The notes below the pieces were generated by a model. That model did no database searches. It worked only from the letters and a program-made list of their open reading frames with translations, and was not told the DNA's origin. From assembly GCA_041651395.1 (NCBI GenBank), contig JBAZJI010000001.1:891920-955919 (forward strand): a stretch of 64,000 bases of DNA, read 5' to 3'. Shown piece after piece: positions 49,236-59,600 of this stretch. The position numbers and the translations under genes were made by a program. The DNA is from Minisyncoccota bacterium. Lineage in GTDB: Bacteria; Patescibacteriota; Minisyncoccia; Minisyncoccales; JAGOPM01. Positions within the stretch are counted from its first letter, which is position 1; the number at the start of each line of letters is the position of its first letter.

Positions 49236-50915
49236 ATGCAAAGAAAAAAGGCAGTTCTTTGCTTTTTTGCTGTATTGTTTGCATTCTTGGCAACGATTGT
49301 TTTTAGTGTGTCTGCGGCTACTAAAAAACCACTCGCAACCAAATCGGCAACAAGTCAGCAAAATGAAGGAACGGTTACAAATCAAAGCGGGGGAGGTATG
49401 GCTTCTCCAATAAATTGTTTTGCATACTTTAAGCCTGATACTGTACTTATCAGTCTTAGTGCTTCCTCTCCTGATTATAAAGTCGGCGATGAGATTAAAT
49501 TAACCGCCAAAGTCAGCAATGCAAACAATTTTCCTATCGCTCAAGGTAATTTGTTCATACAGATTTATCGCCAATCGGGTGAAGGTGGTGCCCCGGATTA
49601 TCTAGTTGATGAATTTTTTGTCCAAGATGTAGCGCTTAATGCCCGCGAAATCCGTAATATTGATTTTGCTTGGCGAGCCCCCTCGGGAATTTCTGGCGGA
49701 AAATATACCGTTGGAGCATTTTTTACTCTGAATAAAAGTATTTATATTTCCGGAGCTCCATTTAATGAAAAAGCTTATGATAAGGCCTTTACGACTTTTA
49801 ATATCCGCTCCATTGATGACGCCAGCGAGGTAGCGGTAGACAAGAAAAATATTATTTTTAACGGCCAGACATATAATTATTTTTCCTTAATTCCGGTAGT
49901 TAAGGCTGGCCAGCCGATCGAAGTTGTTTCTACAGCCAAAAATCTTTCCAATAAATCCCAAGAAATAAAGATATCAAAAAAAATATATTTTTGGGATAAT
50001 TTAAGCGAGGACGCGATAGTCCAAAAAGAAACAGAAAAGGCTACGCTAAATGCCGGCGGTTCGCTGAATTTGTATTATTCGACCAAAGGTCTTAATAGTG
50101 GGGCTTATTTGTATGAATTAGTGGTCGAAAGCCAGAGTGGAGTTAAATCTATTGCCAAAGTCCGTTTTCAAGTAAAAGGAGACAAGCCTGTGGCCCATAT
50201 TAAGTTTTTAGCCTTAAGTAGTTGGCCGATTAAAAAGGATCAAAACATGTTTATCTTTAATTGTTTTGAGTCCATTGTCCCGGGGGATAGGGTAGATGGA
50301 AAGGTTTATTTAACTTTGCGCGATGCCTCTGACAATAGCGTTTTGCAGCGGGTAGAATATAGTGGTCCAATCGGTTATAGCCCTATTGCTATTAAAAACG
50401 ATTTTAAGGCGGACAAGGAAAGGTATGCGGTAATTTTGGAATCACAAATTTACGATCGGGGTGGAAATTTACTCGACCAAGAAACGATAAAATATGATTG
50501 TTCATCTTTTGATAATGAGGTCCGGGATGTGAAAATAGAAGTCAACGAAAAGGAAAACACAATCAAGGCTTTCGGAGTTAATTCTTGCGGCTCGCAGGTA
50601 AAGGGGAGAATTAGTTTAGAAGTGATAAAAATCAGTGGAGCCAACAAGAAGATATTTTTGGAGAAGGATTTTCAAGGCGACGAATTGTCAAAAAATATTT
50701 CTTTGAAAGGTGGGCAAACCTACAAAATTACGGCAAAAGTTAATGCGGTTTTGCGCTCCATTGAATATAAATCGACCAAGCCAAATTATGATTGGATTTG
50801 GTGGGTCGTCGGCTTTGGTCTTATTGCTTTAATTATATTTTTCTTTATTAAGCGCCAAATGGACAAAGCTTCCGCGGCTCCTGTCCAGTTTCATCAATCA
50901 ACATTCCAACAATGA
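49236..50915 (+). CDS. Surface protein A1: signal peptide, multi-domain beta-rich ectodomain (CARDB/Ig-like by eye), C-terminal TM anchor
   Basis: N-terminal VLCFFAVLFAFLATIVFSVSA. C-terminal WIWWVVGFGLIALIIFFFIKRQ. Clear paralog of 60910-62481, for example LFIQIYRQ..YLVDEFFVQD..FAWRAPSGISGGKY versus IVVQIYRL..YLLDEFVLEK..FRWQIPNGLNSGAY. Confidence 0.75.
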   Translation: MQRKKAVLCFFAVLFAFLATIVFSVSAATKKPLATKSATSQQNEGTVTNQSGGGMASPINCFAYFKPDTVLISLSASSPDYKVGDEIKLTAKVSNANNFPIAQGNLFIQIYRQSGEGGAPDYLVDEFFVQDVALNAREIRNIDFAWRAPSGISGGKYTVGAFFTLNKSIYISGAPFNEKAYDKAFTTFNIRSIDDASEVAVDKKNIIFNGQTYNYFSLIPVVKAGQPIEVVSTAKNLSNKSQEIKISKKIYFWDNLSEDAIVQKETEKATLNAGGSLNLYYSTKGLNSGAYLYELVVESQSGVKSIAKVRFQVKGDKPVAHIKFLALSSWPIKKDQNMFIFNCFESIVPGDRVDGKVYLTLRDASDNSVLQRVEYSGPIGYSPIAIKNDFKADKERYAVILESQIYDRGGNLLDQETIKYDCSSFDNEVRDVKIEVNEKENTIKAFGVNSCGSQVKGRISLEVIKISGANKKIFLEKDFQGDELSKNISLKGGQTYKITAKVNAVLRSIEYKSTKPNYDWIWWVVGFGLIALIIFFFIKRQMDKASAAPVQFHQSTFQQ

Positions 50916-53900
50916 AAAGGCATATTTTCTTATTTTTAACTCTTGCGCTTTTGGCTGTATTTTTGGATATGGCTGCTCCGCAGATTATCAAAATTAAAGC
51001 CGCGCAAACTTTTTATGCTTGTCGCAAAGCCCCTTCAACCGGCTGCGGCTCTTTGACGGCTCAAGATATTGATGATTGTCAAAGGCAAGTTCAAGGGACT
51101 TGTTATACTGACCCAAATTGCAATGGCGCCTGTAACGCAACTTTGGATCGTAATGTTTATGCTTGCGTCGGGGGAAATAATTCCTGTGCGCTCTTAGGTC
51201 AAACTACCGATTCTTTGGCCACCTGCCAATCCAAAGTTGGCAAGCCGTGTTTTGAGGATTCTAATTGTTCCGGATCGTGCAGCTCTGGAAGTGGTGCGGG
51301 TTGTAACAAGAATTTTTATTGCGATTCGGGCGAAACAAATGCTAATTGTCCCAGTGATTGCCCATGCAACAATAATGCTGTTTGCGAAGCATATTTAGGG
51401 GAAACGGATAAAAATTGTTCCAGCGATTGCGGTTGCAATAATAATGGGAATTGCGAATCGCAGAGGGGGGAAGATAAAACTAATTGTGCCGCCGATTGTG
51501 ACCGGGGTATAGGCTGTAATAATAATGGCCGCTGCGAAACCGGGGAAAATTCTACAAATTGTCCGAACGACTGTAAGTCCGGCGATTATAGTAAGAATGT
51601 TTACGCATGCGAAACCGGAAAGTGCGTGTATAAGGCTAATTGTATGAGCTACACAGGAATCAGCTGTTATCCCGACCCCGATTGTTACGGGGCGTGCAGT
51701 GGCTCTGGGGCGAGGGTTTTATACGGGTGCCGCGATAATAGCTGTATTGATTTGGGTGCGGCAACGACCGATACATTGCAACAATGTCAGCAGCGGTGGG
51801 GCTTTGCGTGTTTTGAAAACATGGATTCCTGTCGGGCGTCTTGTGGTCCGGCTAAAAAAACTTTTTATTATTGCCCGGCAAGCGGGGGAGCATCTTGCCA
51901 GCCAACTAATGATTTTTCCGATGCGACAGATTGCAGCCAGACGCTTTGGTTAAAAAATATCGCCAAAAATGGGATTTGGTGCCAAGAATCCCAATTTAAG
52001 GGTGCCTGTGATTATGATTGTTCGAAAAATGCTTGTAATAATGACAGAACATGTCAGCCGCAAAATGGCGAATCTAGGCAAAATTGCGTTGACTGTATTT
52101 GCAATAAAGATTTTAATTGTGAATTTTCTGCGGGTGAGAATTATTCTAATTGCCCCAGTGATTGTCCGTGTAATTTTAATGGCACTTGTGAGACATATTT
52201 AGGGGAAAATTCCACAAATTGCATTCAAGATTGTTCATGTAATAAGAATAATATTTGCGAATCCCAGAGAGGGGAAAGCTATTCGAATTGTTCAAGCGAT
52301 TGCAAATATACCTCAGGGAAAATTATTGTGAATACTTTGCCCTTTGAGCTTAATAATCCCCCCGGAGGCTTGATGATGAATGGCGAGCTTGCAGATCTGG
52401 GAGGAATTGCCGTGTTGGACGTGGGTTTTATAATTTATCCCGAAGGAAGCACGCCGATAATGAGCGATCCGAACAATACTTATAGTATTGTTCGTGCAAA
52501 TGTTCTCAATGGGGCGGCGCGCTTTGCCCTTCCTGCGCAAAATGCATTTTTTTACGGTTTTCCAATATTACCTAAGTTTCAAGGGAAAAATCGCCTTTGC
52601 TATAAGGCGTATGCAATGGATGCCAATGGCGGGACTATTGATAAAAATCAAACAGTGGCATTTGGAGGCGAGGTTTGTTTTACCGTACCCCAAAAACAAG
52701 AGATTGTCTGTGGCAACGGCAGTTGTGAGAGCGGAGAAAGCTATCAAAATTGTCCTGCGGATTGCCCCAAATCATCAGTTTGCGGGGATGGTAAATGTGA
52801 AAGCGATGAAATCCTTAATTGTCCTAAAGATTGTAATTCGGCAGTCTGTGCGATACATACCGCGGGAGTTGGAGGCTCAACGAATGCTTATGGGTTTTCT
52901 TTAAGAGGGAGGGTTGATGATCCGAACAATACGATATATAAAGATGCAATTTTTGGATTTGAAATTTATAACTTGCGCAACGGGAAGAATATTTTTTCTG
53001 GCGATTACCAAAATGTGGCGGTAACTTGTGATGCTACAGGGGGGAGGGATATCCCGAAGTATTGCGATCTTTCTCAAAAAGAGTTTGTCGTATTTTTAAC
53101 TAATGGTGTGCTGTTAAATAGCTCAATGCTTTCCAATGCGGCGCTGGGCGATACCGTTTGTGCGAGGGCTTTTATGTCTTCTTCGGTCAAAGATTATAGG
53201 AAAATTGAAAATAGGATATACGCGAATTCTTCCGAGGATATATGTTGGGTTTTGAGCGATAAGCAAGTCAGTTGGGATAAATATGGTTTTAGCACTTGCG
53301 GTTCAAAGTGTTCCAATGTCGAGCGCCCTGGTTGTTCGGGAACATATACTCCCCCAGTTCAAGAAAGACAGATGAATTGCGTTAATTCCGGTTTAGGCAC
53401 GGCGGCAGGAGTAGTGGAGATTTGCTCTAGTGTTATTCCGGCTGCCGGCTGTAATAGGGGAGATGTATTGATTGCGCTTGAGCCTTCCGATGGAGCAACT
53501 GTAAATTATGCCAAAGTTTATTTAACACTTTATAGCGGCCGAGGGATTAAGTTTATTTCTGATTATTCTGATTCTGATTACAAGGCGCAAGTATCCGGGG
53601 AAAATGTTTTTTGGGATGTTGGTAAATTTTCTCAAAAAGTTCAGCTGAGGTTTCAAGTCAGTTTTCCCGATGGCCAAATCAACCAAATGGTTAATTATAC
53701 TTTCGGGAAAAATAAAGTTTATCACGGGTGTAATGCCGCGGGCTGTAATGGTGAAGCTACCATTTACGATATGATTTTGAGCCCGAAGTGCGGAGTTGAT
53801 ATTTGCAGGGTAGACGGGATTTGTGATGTGGCGGTCGGAGAAACTTTGGAAAACTGTTCTAGTGACTGCAAAAATCAAGTTTGCAATTCTGATGGTAAAT

Positions 53901-56650
53901 GCGATCTTGGCAAGGGAGAAACTTTTCTTAATTGTCCGAAAGATTGTGGGCAATTTAAGAATTTTTCCATAATCACTTTGGATGCCAATGATGTCAGTGA
54001 TCACTCTGCCACTATCCGGGGAACAATCCCGGGTATGGGTGATGTTAAGACCGCCCAGTATTATCTCTCTTATTATATTTGCGACGAGAAGGCTAGAGAT
54101 AATTTGCATTTAGGACAAAGCTATATTGCTGCTTTCGGGCAGACGAAGGCCGGAGGGCTTTTTGAAGCCAAACTCGATTATCTTTTCCCCGGGATGAAGT
54201 ATTGTTTCGAGGCCTCGGCTTATGATGTGGACAATAAAAATAATATGCTCACCGGCGGGCAAAAAGAGTTTACGACTTTAGCTCCTTCTAGCGGTATTAA
54301 TTGTCCGAATTTATCTTCTCCGATTAATAGCACTAAAATTCAAACCCTGACTCCTGAACTTAAATGGACAAGCGTCTCTGGTGCCACTTATTATCGTTAT
54401 GCGATTTTTAAGGATTTTTGGAACATGTCTGCACCCTCTGAGGCCAATGGTGTTATTATTCCTAATGCCAAAGTGGCGCCCAATTCTCTCATTTGGGCTC
54501 GGCAATATATTTGGGCGGTTAATGCTTGTAAAGACAGTACAATGAAAGAATGCTCTGGTTGGTGCATGCCTTCGTCTTTTATTACCGGAGATTTATTGGC
54601 CGCGCCTAAAATTATTAGGCCCAGTGGCGACATTACCTCTACTCAACCTTTGATTGAATGGGAATATGTTTCTGGCGGGAATTATTATGAGTGGGTCATA
54701 GAGAGGGAAAGTCCCGCTTTAGGTATTCCCAAGGTAGCCGAAAGCGGACTGACCAAAGAAAAAACCGCTTCAGCCACCAAGAATTTGGCCTTGGGAAATT
54801 ATTTGATAAAAGTTCGCGCCTGCTCTGACCAGCAAATGGTGATTTGTGGCGAGTATGCAGAGGTCAAATTTTCAGTTAAAACCGATGAGCAACTTAAGGC
54901 CAAATGCGGCACATTGCGGATTTCTAGTGACAATAAAAAGGAAGGGTATTTTATGATGTGTGCCAACGGTAAAACTTGGCCTTGTGATGATGGTGCCCTT
55001 TCTCCCGATTATCCTATTAATAATAAGAGCGATTATTTATACGACAAGGCGGTTGATTTAGGCTTAACACCCGGAGAATTCCAAGCAGACTATTATGTTA
55101 ATACTGCCCAATATGATATCTATCTGCAAGACAAAGTAAATGGTACTAAATATCCCACTAATTCCGCTCTACCTTCCAATCATAAAGAATATAAGTTGAT
55201 AGTCGATCCGTTAAAAGTCCCCAATAATACTTTAGTCGAAAAGAGTCGGGCTGGGGGAGGAACATATAATATCCCAGCTGATATGGCTCAAGACGTGCTT
55301 TCCCTTTACCAATCGGCTACTCCGGCAATTGAGGCTAAAGTTGCTGATCAGCTGCCGATTTATGATGGTGACAGAGAGCTTGAATGGAATTTGGATGAAA
55401 TGTTTTTCGGATTCATTATGGATAATCCGTTATTTAAGCCAGGATTAACCGTCGATGGAGGAAATTACTTTGAAATCAAAAAAGATTCCGGTAGTGGGGA
55501 AATTTCGGTTACTATCAAAGATAGTGCCTTGGGCGGGTCAGAATTGGATAAAATGCAGTTGTCGGTAGCTATTCCTCAGCTTAATACTTTTCAAACTATA
55601 AATAATCTGTGGTATAACCAAGGCTGTCTCGACGCTCAAGAGGTGCCGCAAGTTTTAGAATTTACCATCGGTCCGCCGGTGGAAGATTGCAAAGCGCTTA
55701 ATTGTGCCAGCTTACAGTGCGCCGTGGAGCCAACCTGTTCCTATGAGGGCGGCGAGAGTGTTGCAGCCAGTAAAGATCAGAAGACTGAATATAAATGGAA
55801 TCTTTATCCAGATACTCCAGCTAAGGGCCGATCTTTAATTTGCCAATATTCTGGAATAAGCCTGACCATGCCGCCTTGCGATTCAAATGCCCCACCAAAA
55901 CAAGTTTTTTCTTTGACGGAAATAGATTATTGCTCTTATCCTGTGATTCTTAATTTCAGCTGGAAGCCAAGCCAAGAAACATCTCATACGCAAATAGCCT
56001 ATACCATTAATATCGAGAGGCAAACCAAGGATGGTTGGGAACAGATCATGAGTTATGAAAATAATGACCCTGTTACGGGCGGATCAAATGTAAAAAGCAT
56101 CAAAGTATTTGGAAAGGGTTTGGCTGTTGGGAGTAAAGGGGAGATTGATTTCACAAACAGAGATGATTCTGATAGGGACAATTTAAGAGCTTCGGTAATT
56201 GTTAAAGCGGAAAATGGGTTAACTTCGGAATCTTCAGACCCAGTTGAATTTATTTTACCGGCCAAGCCGCGGCCCATTCCAGTTATCCCTGTTAGCGGTC
56301 CTAAAAAATATGTGGCTAATCCGGAAACGCGCCAAATTACATTTTATGGTGAGCTAAATGCCGACCAGCAGAGTATTGGTATGAGCGCCCCCGATGCTAA
56401 TTCTTGGTATTGGTATAAGGGTTTGGGGGAAGCTGTTATAGCCGAAAGAGGGGAGCCAATTTACGGTGATGAGGATGCTATTATTGGATATAAGCCGGAA
56501 AAAACTTACCCCTTCAGACTGCGCGAACCGATAGAAGTCCGTTTGGAATTTACACACTCCGATACTGTCGATAACAAAAATTGTTCTGCGCCCATCAAGC
56601 TTATTGAGGGGACGGATGTTATCTTTAGGAGCAAAGGCCCGCAAATATAA
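50912..56650 (+). CDS. Giant secreted Cys-rich protein B1 (1912 aa) with several repeat families
   Basis: Signal peptide. Five copies of a ~45-aa six-Cys module. Twelve copies of a ~22-aa C-x4-C-x(4-7)-[GE]-x(3-4)-C-x2-DC repeat in four blocks (~51302-51574, 52034-52303, ~52707-52845, ~53797-53950), each block followed by an Ig/FN3-like domain. Two W..V.GA.YY.Y modules. The C-terminal ~900 aa is collinear with B2. Confidence 0.8.
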   Translation: MKRHIFLFLTLALLAVFLDMAAPQIIKIKAAQTFYACRKAPSTGCGSLTAQDIDDCQRQVQGTCYTDPNCNGACNATLDRNVYACVGGNNSCALLGQTTDSLATCQSKVGKPCFEDSNCSGSCSSGSGAGCNKNFYCDSGETNANCPSDCPCNNNAVCEAYLGETDKNCSSDCGCNNNGNCESQRGEDKTNCAADCDRGIGCNNNGRCETGENSTNCPNDCKSGDYSKNVYACETGKCVYKANCMSYTGISCYPDPDCYGACSGSGARVLYGCRDNSCIDLGAATTDTLQQCQQRWGFACFENMDSCRASCGPAKKTFYYCPASGGASCQPTNDFSDATDCSQTLWLKNIAKNGIWCQESQFKGACDYDCSKNACNNDRTCQPQNGESRQNCVDCICNKDFNCEFSAGENYSNCPSDCPCNFNGTCETYLGENSTNCIQDCSCNKNNICESQRGESYSNCSSDCKYTSGKIIVNTLPFELNNPPGGLMMNGELADLGGIAVLDVGFIIYPEGSTPIMSDPNNTYSIVRANVLNGAARFALPAQNAFFYGFPILPKFQGKNRLCYKAYAMDANGGTIDKNQTVAFGGEVCFTVPQKQEIVCGNGSCESGESYQNCPADCPKSSVCGDGKCESDEILNCPKDCNSAVCAIHTAGVGGSTNAYGFSLRGRVDDPNNTIYKDAIFGFEIYNLRNGKNIFSGDYQNVAVTCDATGGRDIPKYCDLSQKEFVVFLTNGVLLNSSMLSNAALGDTVCARAFMSSSVKDYRKIENRIYANSSEDICWVLSDKQVSWDKYGFSTCGSKCSNVERPGCSGTYTPPVQERQMNCVNSGLGTAAGVVEICSSVIPAAGCNRGDVLIALEPSDGATVNYAKVYLTLYSGRGIKFISDYSDSDYKAQVSGENVFWDVGKFSQKVQLRFQVSFPDGQINQMVNYTFGKNKVYHGCNAAGCNGEATIYDMILSPKCGVDICRVDGICDVAVGETLENCSSDCKNQVCNSDGKCDLGKGETFLNCPKDCGQFKNFSIITLDANDVSDHSATIRGTIPGMGDVKTAQYYLSYYICDEKARDNLHLGQSYIAAFGQTKAGGLFEAKLDYLFPGMKYCFEASAYDVDNKNNMLTGGQKEFTTLAPSSGINCPNLSSPINSTKIQTLTPELKWTSVSGATYYRYAIFKDFWNMSAPSEANGVIIPNAKVAPNSLIWARQYIWAVNACKDSTMKECSGWCMPSSFITGDLLAAPKIIRPSGDITSTQPLIEWEYVSGGNYYEWVIERESPALGIPKVAESGLTKEKTASATKNLALGNYLIKVRACSDQQMVICGEYAEVKFSVKTDEQLKAKCGTLRISSDNKKEGYFMMCANGKTWPCDDGALSPDYPINNKSDYLYDKAVDLGLTPGEFQADYYVNTAQYDIYLQDKVNGTKYPTNSALPSNHKEYKLIVDPLKVPNNTLVEKSRAGGGTYNIPADMAQDVLSLYQSATPAIEAKVADQLPIYDGDRELEWNLDEMFFGFIMDNPLFKPGLTVDGGNYFEIKKDSGSGEISVTIKDSALGGSELDKMQLSVAIPQLNTFQTINNLWYNQGCLDAQEVPQVLEFTIGPPVEDCKALNCASLQCAVEPTCSYEGGESVAASKDQKTEYKWNLYPDTPAKGRSLICQYSGISLTMPPCDSNAPPKQVFSLTEIDYCSYPVILNFSWKPSQETSHTQIAYTINIERQTKDGWEQIMSYENNDPVTGGSNVKSIKVFGKGLAVGSKGEIDFTNRDDSDRDNLRASVIVKAENGLTSESSDPVEFILPAKPRPIPVIPVSGPKKYVANPETRQITFYGELNADQQSIGMSAPDANSWYWYKGLGEAVIAERGEPIYGDEDAIIGYKPEKTYPFRLREPIEVRLEFTHSDTVDNKNCSAPIKLIEGTDVIFRSKGPQI

Positions 56651-56657
56651 TAAAGTT

Positions 56658-59600
56658 ATGAGCCAGAAGTCTAAATTTGTAATATTTTCTATTATTAGTC
56701 TATTTATCATAGGAGTAATCAGTTTGGCTTTAGCTCAAACCGGTGAAGGCTCTTTGCAGGTAACGGCTAAAATGGCCTGCAATTCTCAGACGTTTGCCAA
56801 GGTGCAAATTCAGATAAAATGTCTTTCCGGCTCAAAAATTGATTGCAAGAAAGAGAATATTTTGAAGTTTAGCAATGTTTCGGCCAATGTTACTTTGCAG
56901 GATGGCACGCCCTATCCTAGCGTCAGTTCGCAGGCCAATTCTGGCGGACAGACAATGTATGAGGACATTTGGAAAAAAATAATTTTTGCCAATGATAACG
57001 ATTCCAGATATTTTTCTTTTCTGACTCCTTTATGTGGCAAGCGCTCGGCTGAACTTACGTATTATGATTTATTGCAGCAAAAAAATATTACCGTTCCCAT
57101 AAAAATAAATAGTCAGGCCTCCCTTGTCTGTTGGCAATGTCCGAGCGGTGAAGAATACAGTACGGTGATCGGCAACGGTTTATCTGCCGGTGGGGCAAAT
57201 ACTGCAACAACGAGTACTCCGGAAAATCCTAGCTTAAATGAAGGCGTAAAAATGCCCTACCTTTATTGTCCTTCCGGTTTAGAGCAGTATTGCCGCCCCA
57301 GCATTGAATTATTTGCAAGCGAAGAGGAGTGTGAGGCTAATATGGCGCAATTTATTCCGCCCTCTATCTCTGGCTCGAAATGTTTTAGTTTAGAAAATGC
57401 TCAGGCTTGCAACACAGCGTGTCAAAATTTTTCTCAGCCTTTTATTCCAACAAGCACACCCCCAAACAACGCTTGTGCCAAGGAAGGGGAGAAGGTAGGC
57501 CAATGCCAAAACCGGCAGTGCTGTGAGGGTTTAGTGCCGCGCCCGCCGCTGGGCCCGGTTTGCCAGGCTTGTGATGTTTGCGAGGCCTTCACTTGCGTGA
57601 AGCCCGATACCCCTCCTACCATCGGTAATGTTAAATGGTGGTATTGCCAAAGTGATGGCAACGGGCAATGTCAACTGAGCGTGGAAAATTTTTCTGAACC
57701 ACAAGCCTGCCTGGATAAATATGCCAGCCAAATTTGTTTTCCTAATGTGAGCGGCTTAGAATCGCAAATGCAAGCCACTTGTAATAACTCGTGCAATACT
57801 TTAGTTAATGGATCTTTATCAGTTCACCCTTTTATTAGCAGCGACGCTTCCTGCAATAAGATTATTAAATTTCAAATAACCTGTTTGCCCGGGAAAAAAA
57901 TAATCTGTTCGGGTATTGATTTGCAATACGAATATTCTCCGGCTGCAGAGTCTTATGTTAGTTCCAAACCTTCCGCCGAGCGATTTGATTTTGGCTATTC
58001 GACTGGTGGCATTATCCATAGCTGGCTATGGCGTGGCATAGAAATAAAGGCCACCAGTTCAGATTATATCATCACTATGAGGCCGGGATCATTTACCAGC
58101 ACTTATGCCGCGACAATTTATCATATTAATCCGACAACCAAAGAGCGTTTGACTACTAGAATTAATATGCCTTGGGTGGAAAAATGTGCTACTGGAGATG
58201 GTGGGATAACAGTGGTTAATCCTGATGATGGGAAAAATAGCCCTTCTTGCGGTAATGCCAGTTGTGAGCCGGCTTTAGGTGAAAATAATTCTTCCTGCCC
58301 TCAAGATTGCCAACAGTGCAATTTGGATAAAATTTGCCAAGCAGCTAGAGGAGAAACAATTGATAATTGTGCTGATTGCGCCAACGGTCAAACATTGGAA
58401 TTTTCCGTAGCCAGCAAGCCCGCCTCAGACATTTCCGAGCAATCAATGGTGCTTAACGGCGAGCTTATGGGGCTAGGCGAAAATAAAAATGTTCTTTACG
58501 GGTTTCAATATTATCCTTGTGCCTTTCCCGAGATGCTCTCGCAGACAAAGTGGCAAACCGCTACTTCGCCCGTGGCCTTTAGCTTTGATTTATTAGAGCT
58601 TCCACCCGATACGGAAATTTGTTTTAAGGCACTAGCTCAAGCCTCAAGCACGGTATTACAAGGCGATTTATTAAAGGCAAAAACTCTATCCAGTAAATCA
58701 GGATTAGTGTGCCCAATGCCGCTTAGCCCCAAGATCGATGAGAATATTACTTCGCTTTCTACTCAACTTAGTTGGTCAATGGTTAATGGGGGGAAATATT
58801 ATCAGTATGCCCTTTATGAAACGACTTTAGGCGGGGCTATGATAAAAGAAGGGGATACTAATAGTAATGCCGTCAATGTCGGGCCTTTGGTTTGGGGCAA
58901 ACATTATTATTGGCGAGTTAATGCCTGCGCTGATTCGACTTTGAAAAATTGTTCTAATTGGTGTCCGGCTTGGCATTTCATAACCGGGGTAATTTTGAAT
59001 CCGCCCGTTATTACTAGCCCATCTTCAACTTCCATTTCTGAGAAAAAACCGTTGTTCTCTTGGGATTATGTATCTGGGGCGCAATATTACGAATATGTTT
59101 TATTGAGCGGTTCGACAGAAATTGTTCGGGACACCATTTCTTCCAATCGGGCCTACCCAGCTAACGAATTGCCTTTGGGCGATTATATTTTGAATGTCCG
59201 GGCTTGCCGCGACCAACAAAAACAAAATTGCAGCGAATATGCAGAGCGCGCCTTTTCTTTGAAAGATGAAGAGACCATTCTGGCTAATTGCAGCGCATTA
59301 AGGATTGGCAGCAAAAAATTCGCCTCCGGGGATCCAAATTATATTTATTTGGAAAAATGTTCAGCAGCCAATTGCCCTTCGCCTTATAAGGAACCTAATA
59401 TTGATCTGAAGGCGAGTTATGTTGTAAATCCAGAATATAAAATTTATTTATTAGACGAAAACCGGGGAATAAAATATGAATCCGGGTCTAGCGAGCCGCT
59501 GCCGCAAGGTCAGACGTTGCGCTTAGTTATCGAACCATTAGTATTGCCAAGCACTAATTTTGGCAATGGCGGCTACAATAATACTGGCGGGCAAAAAATA

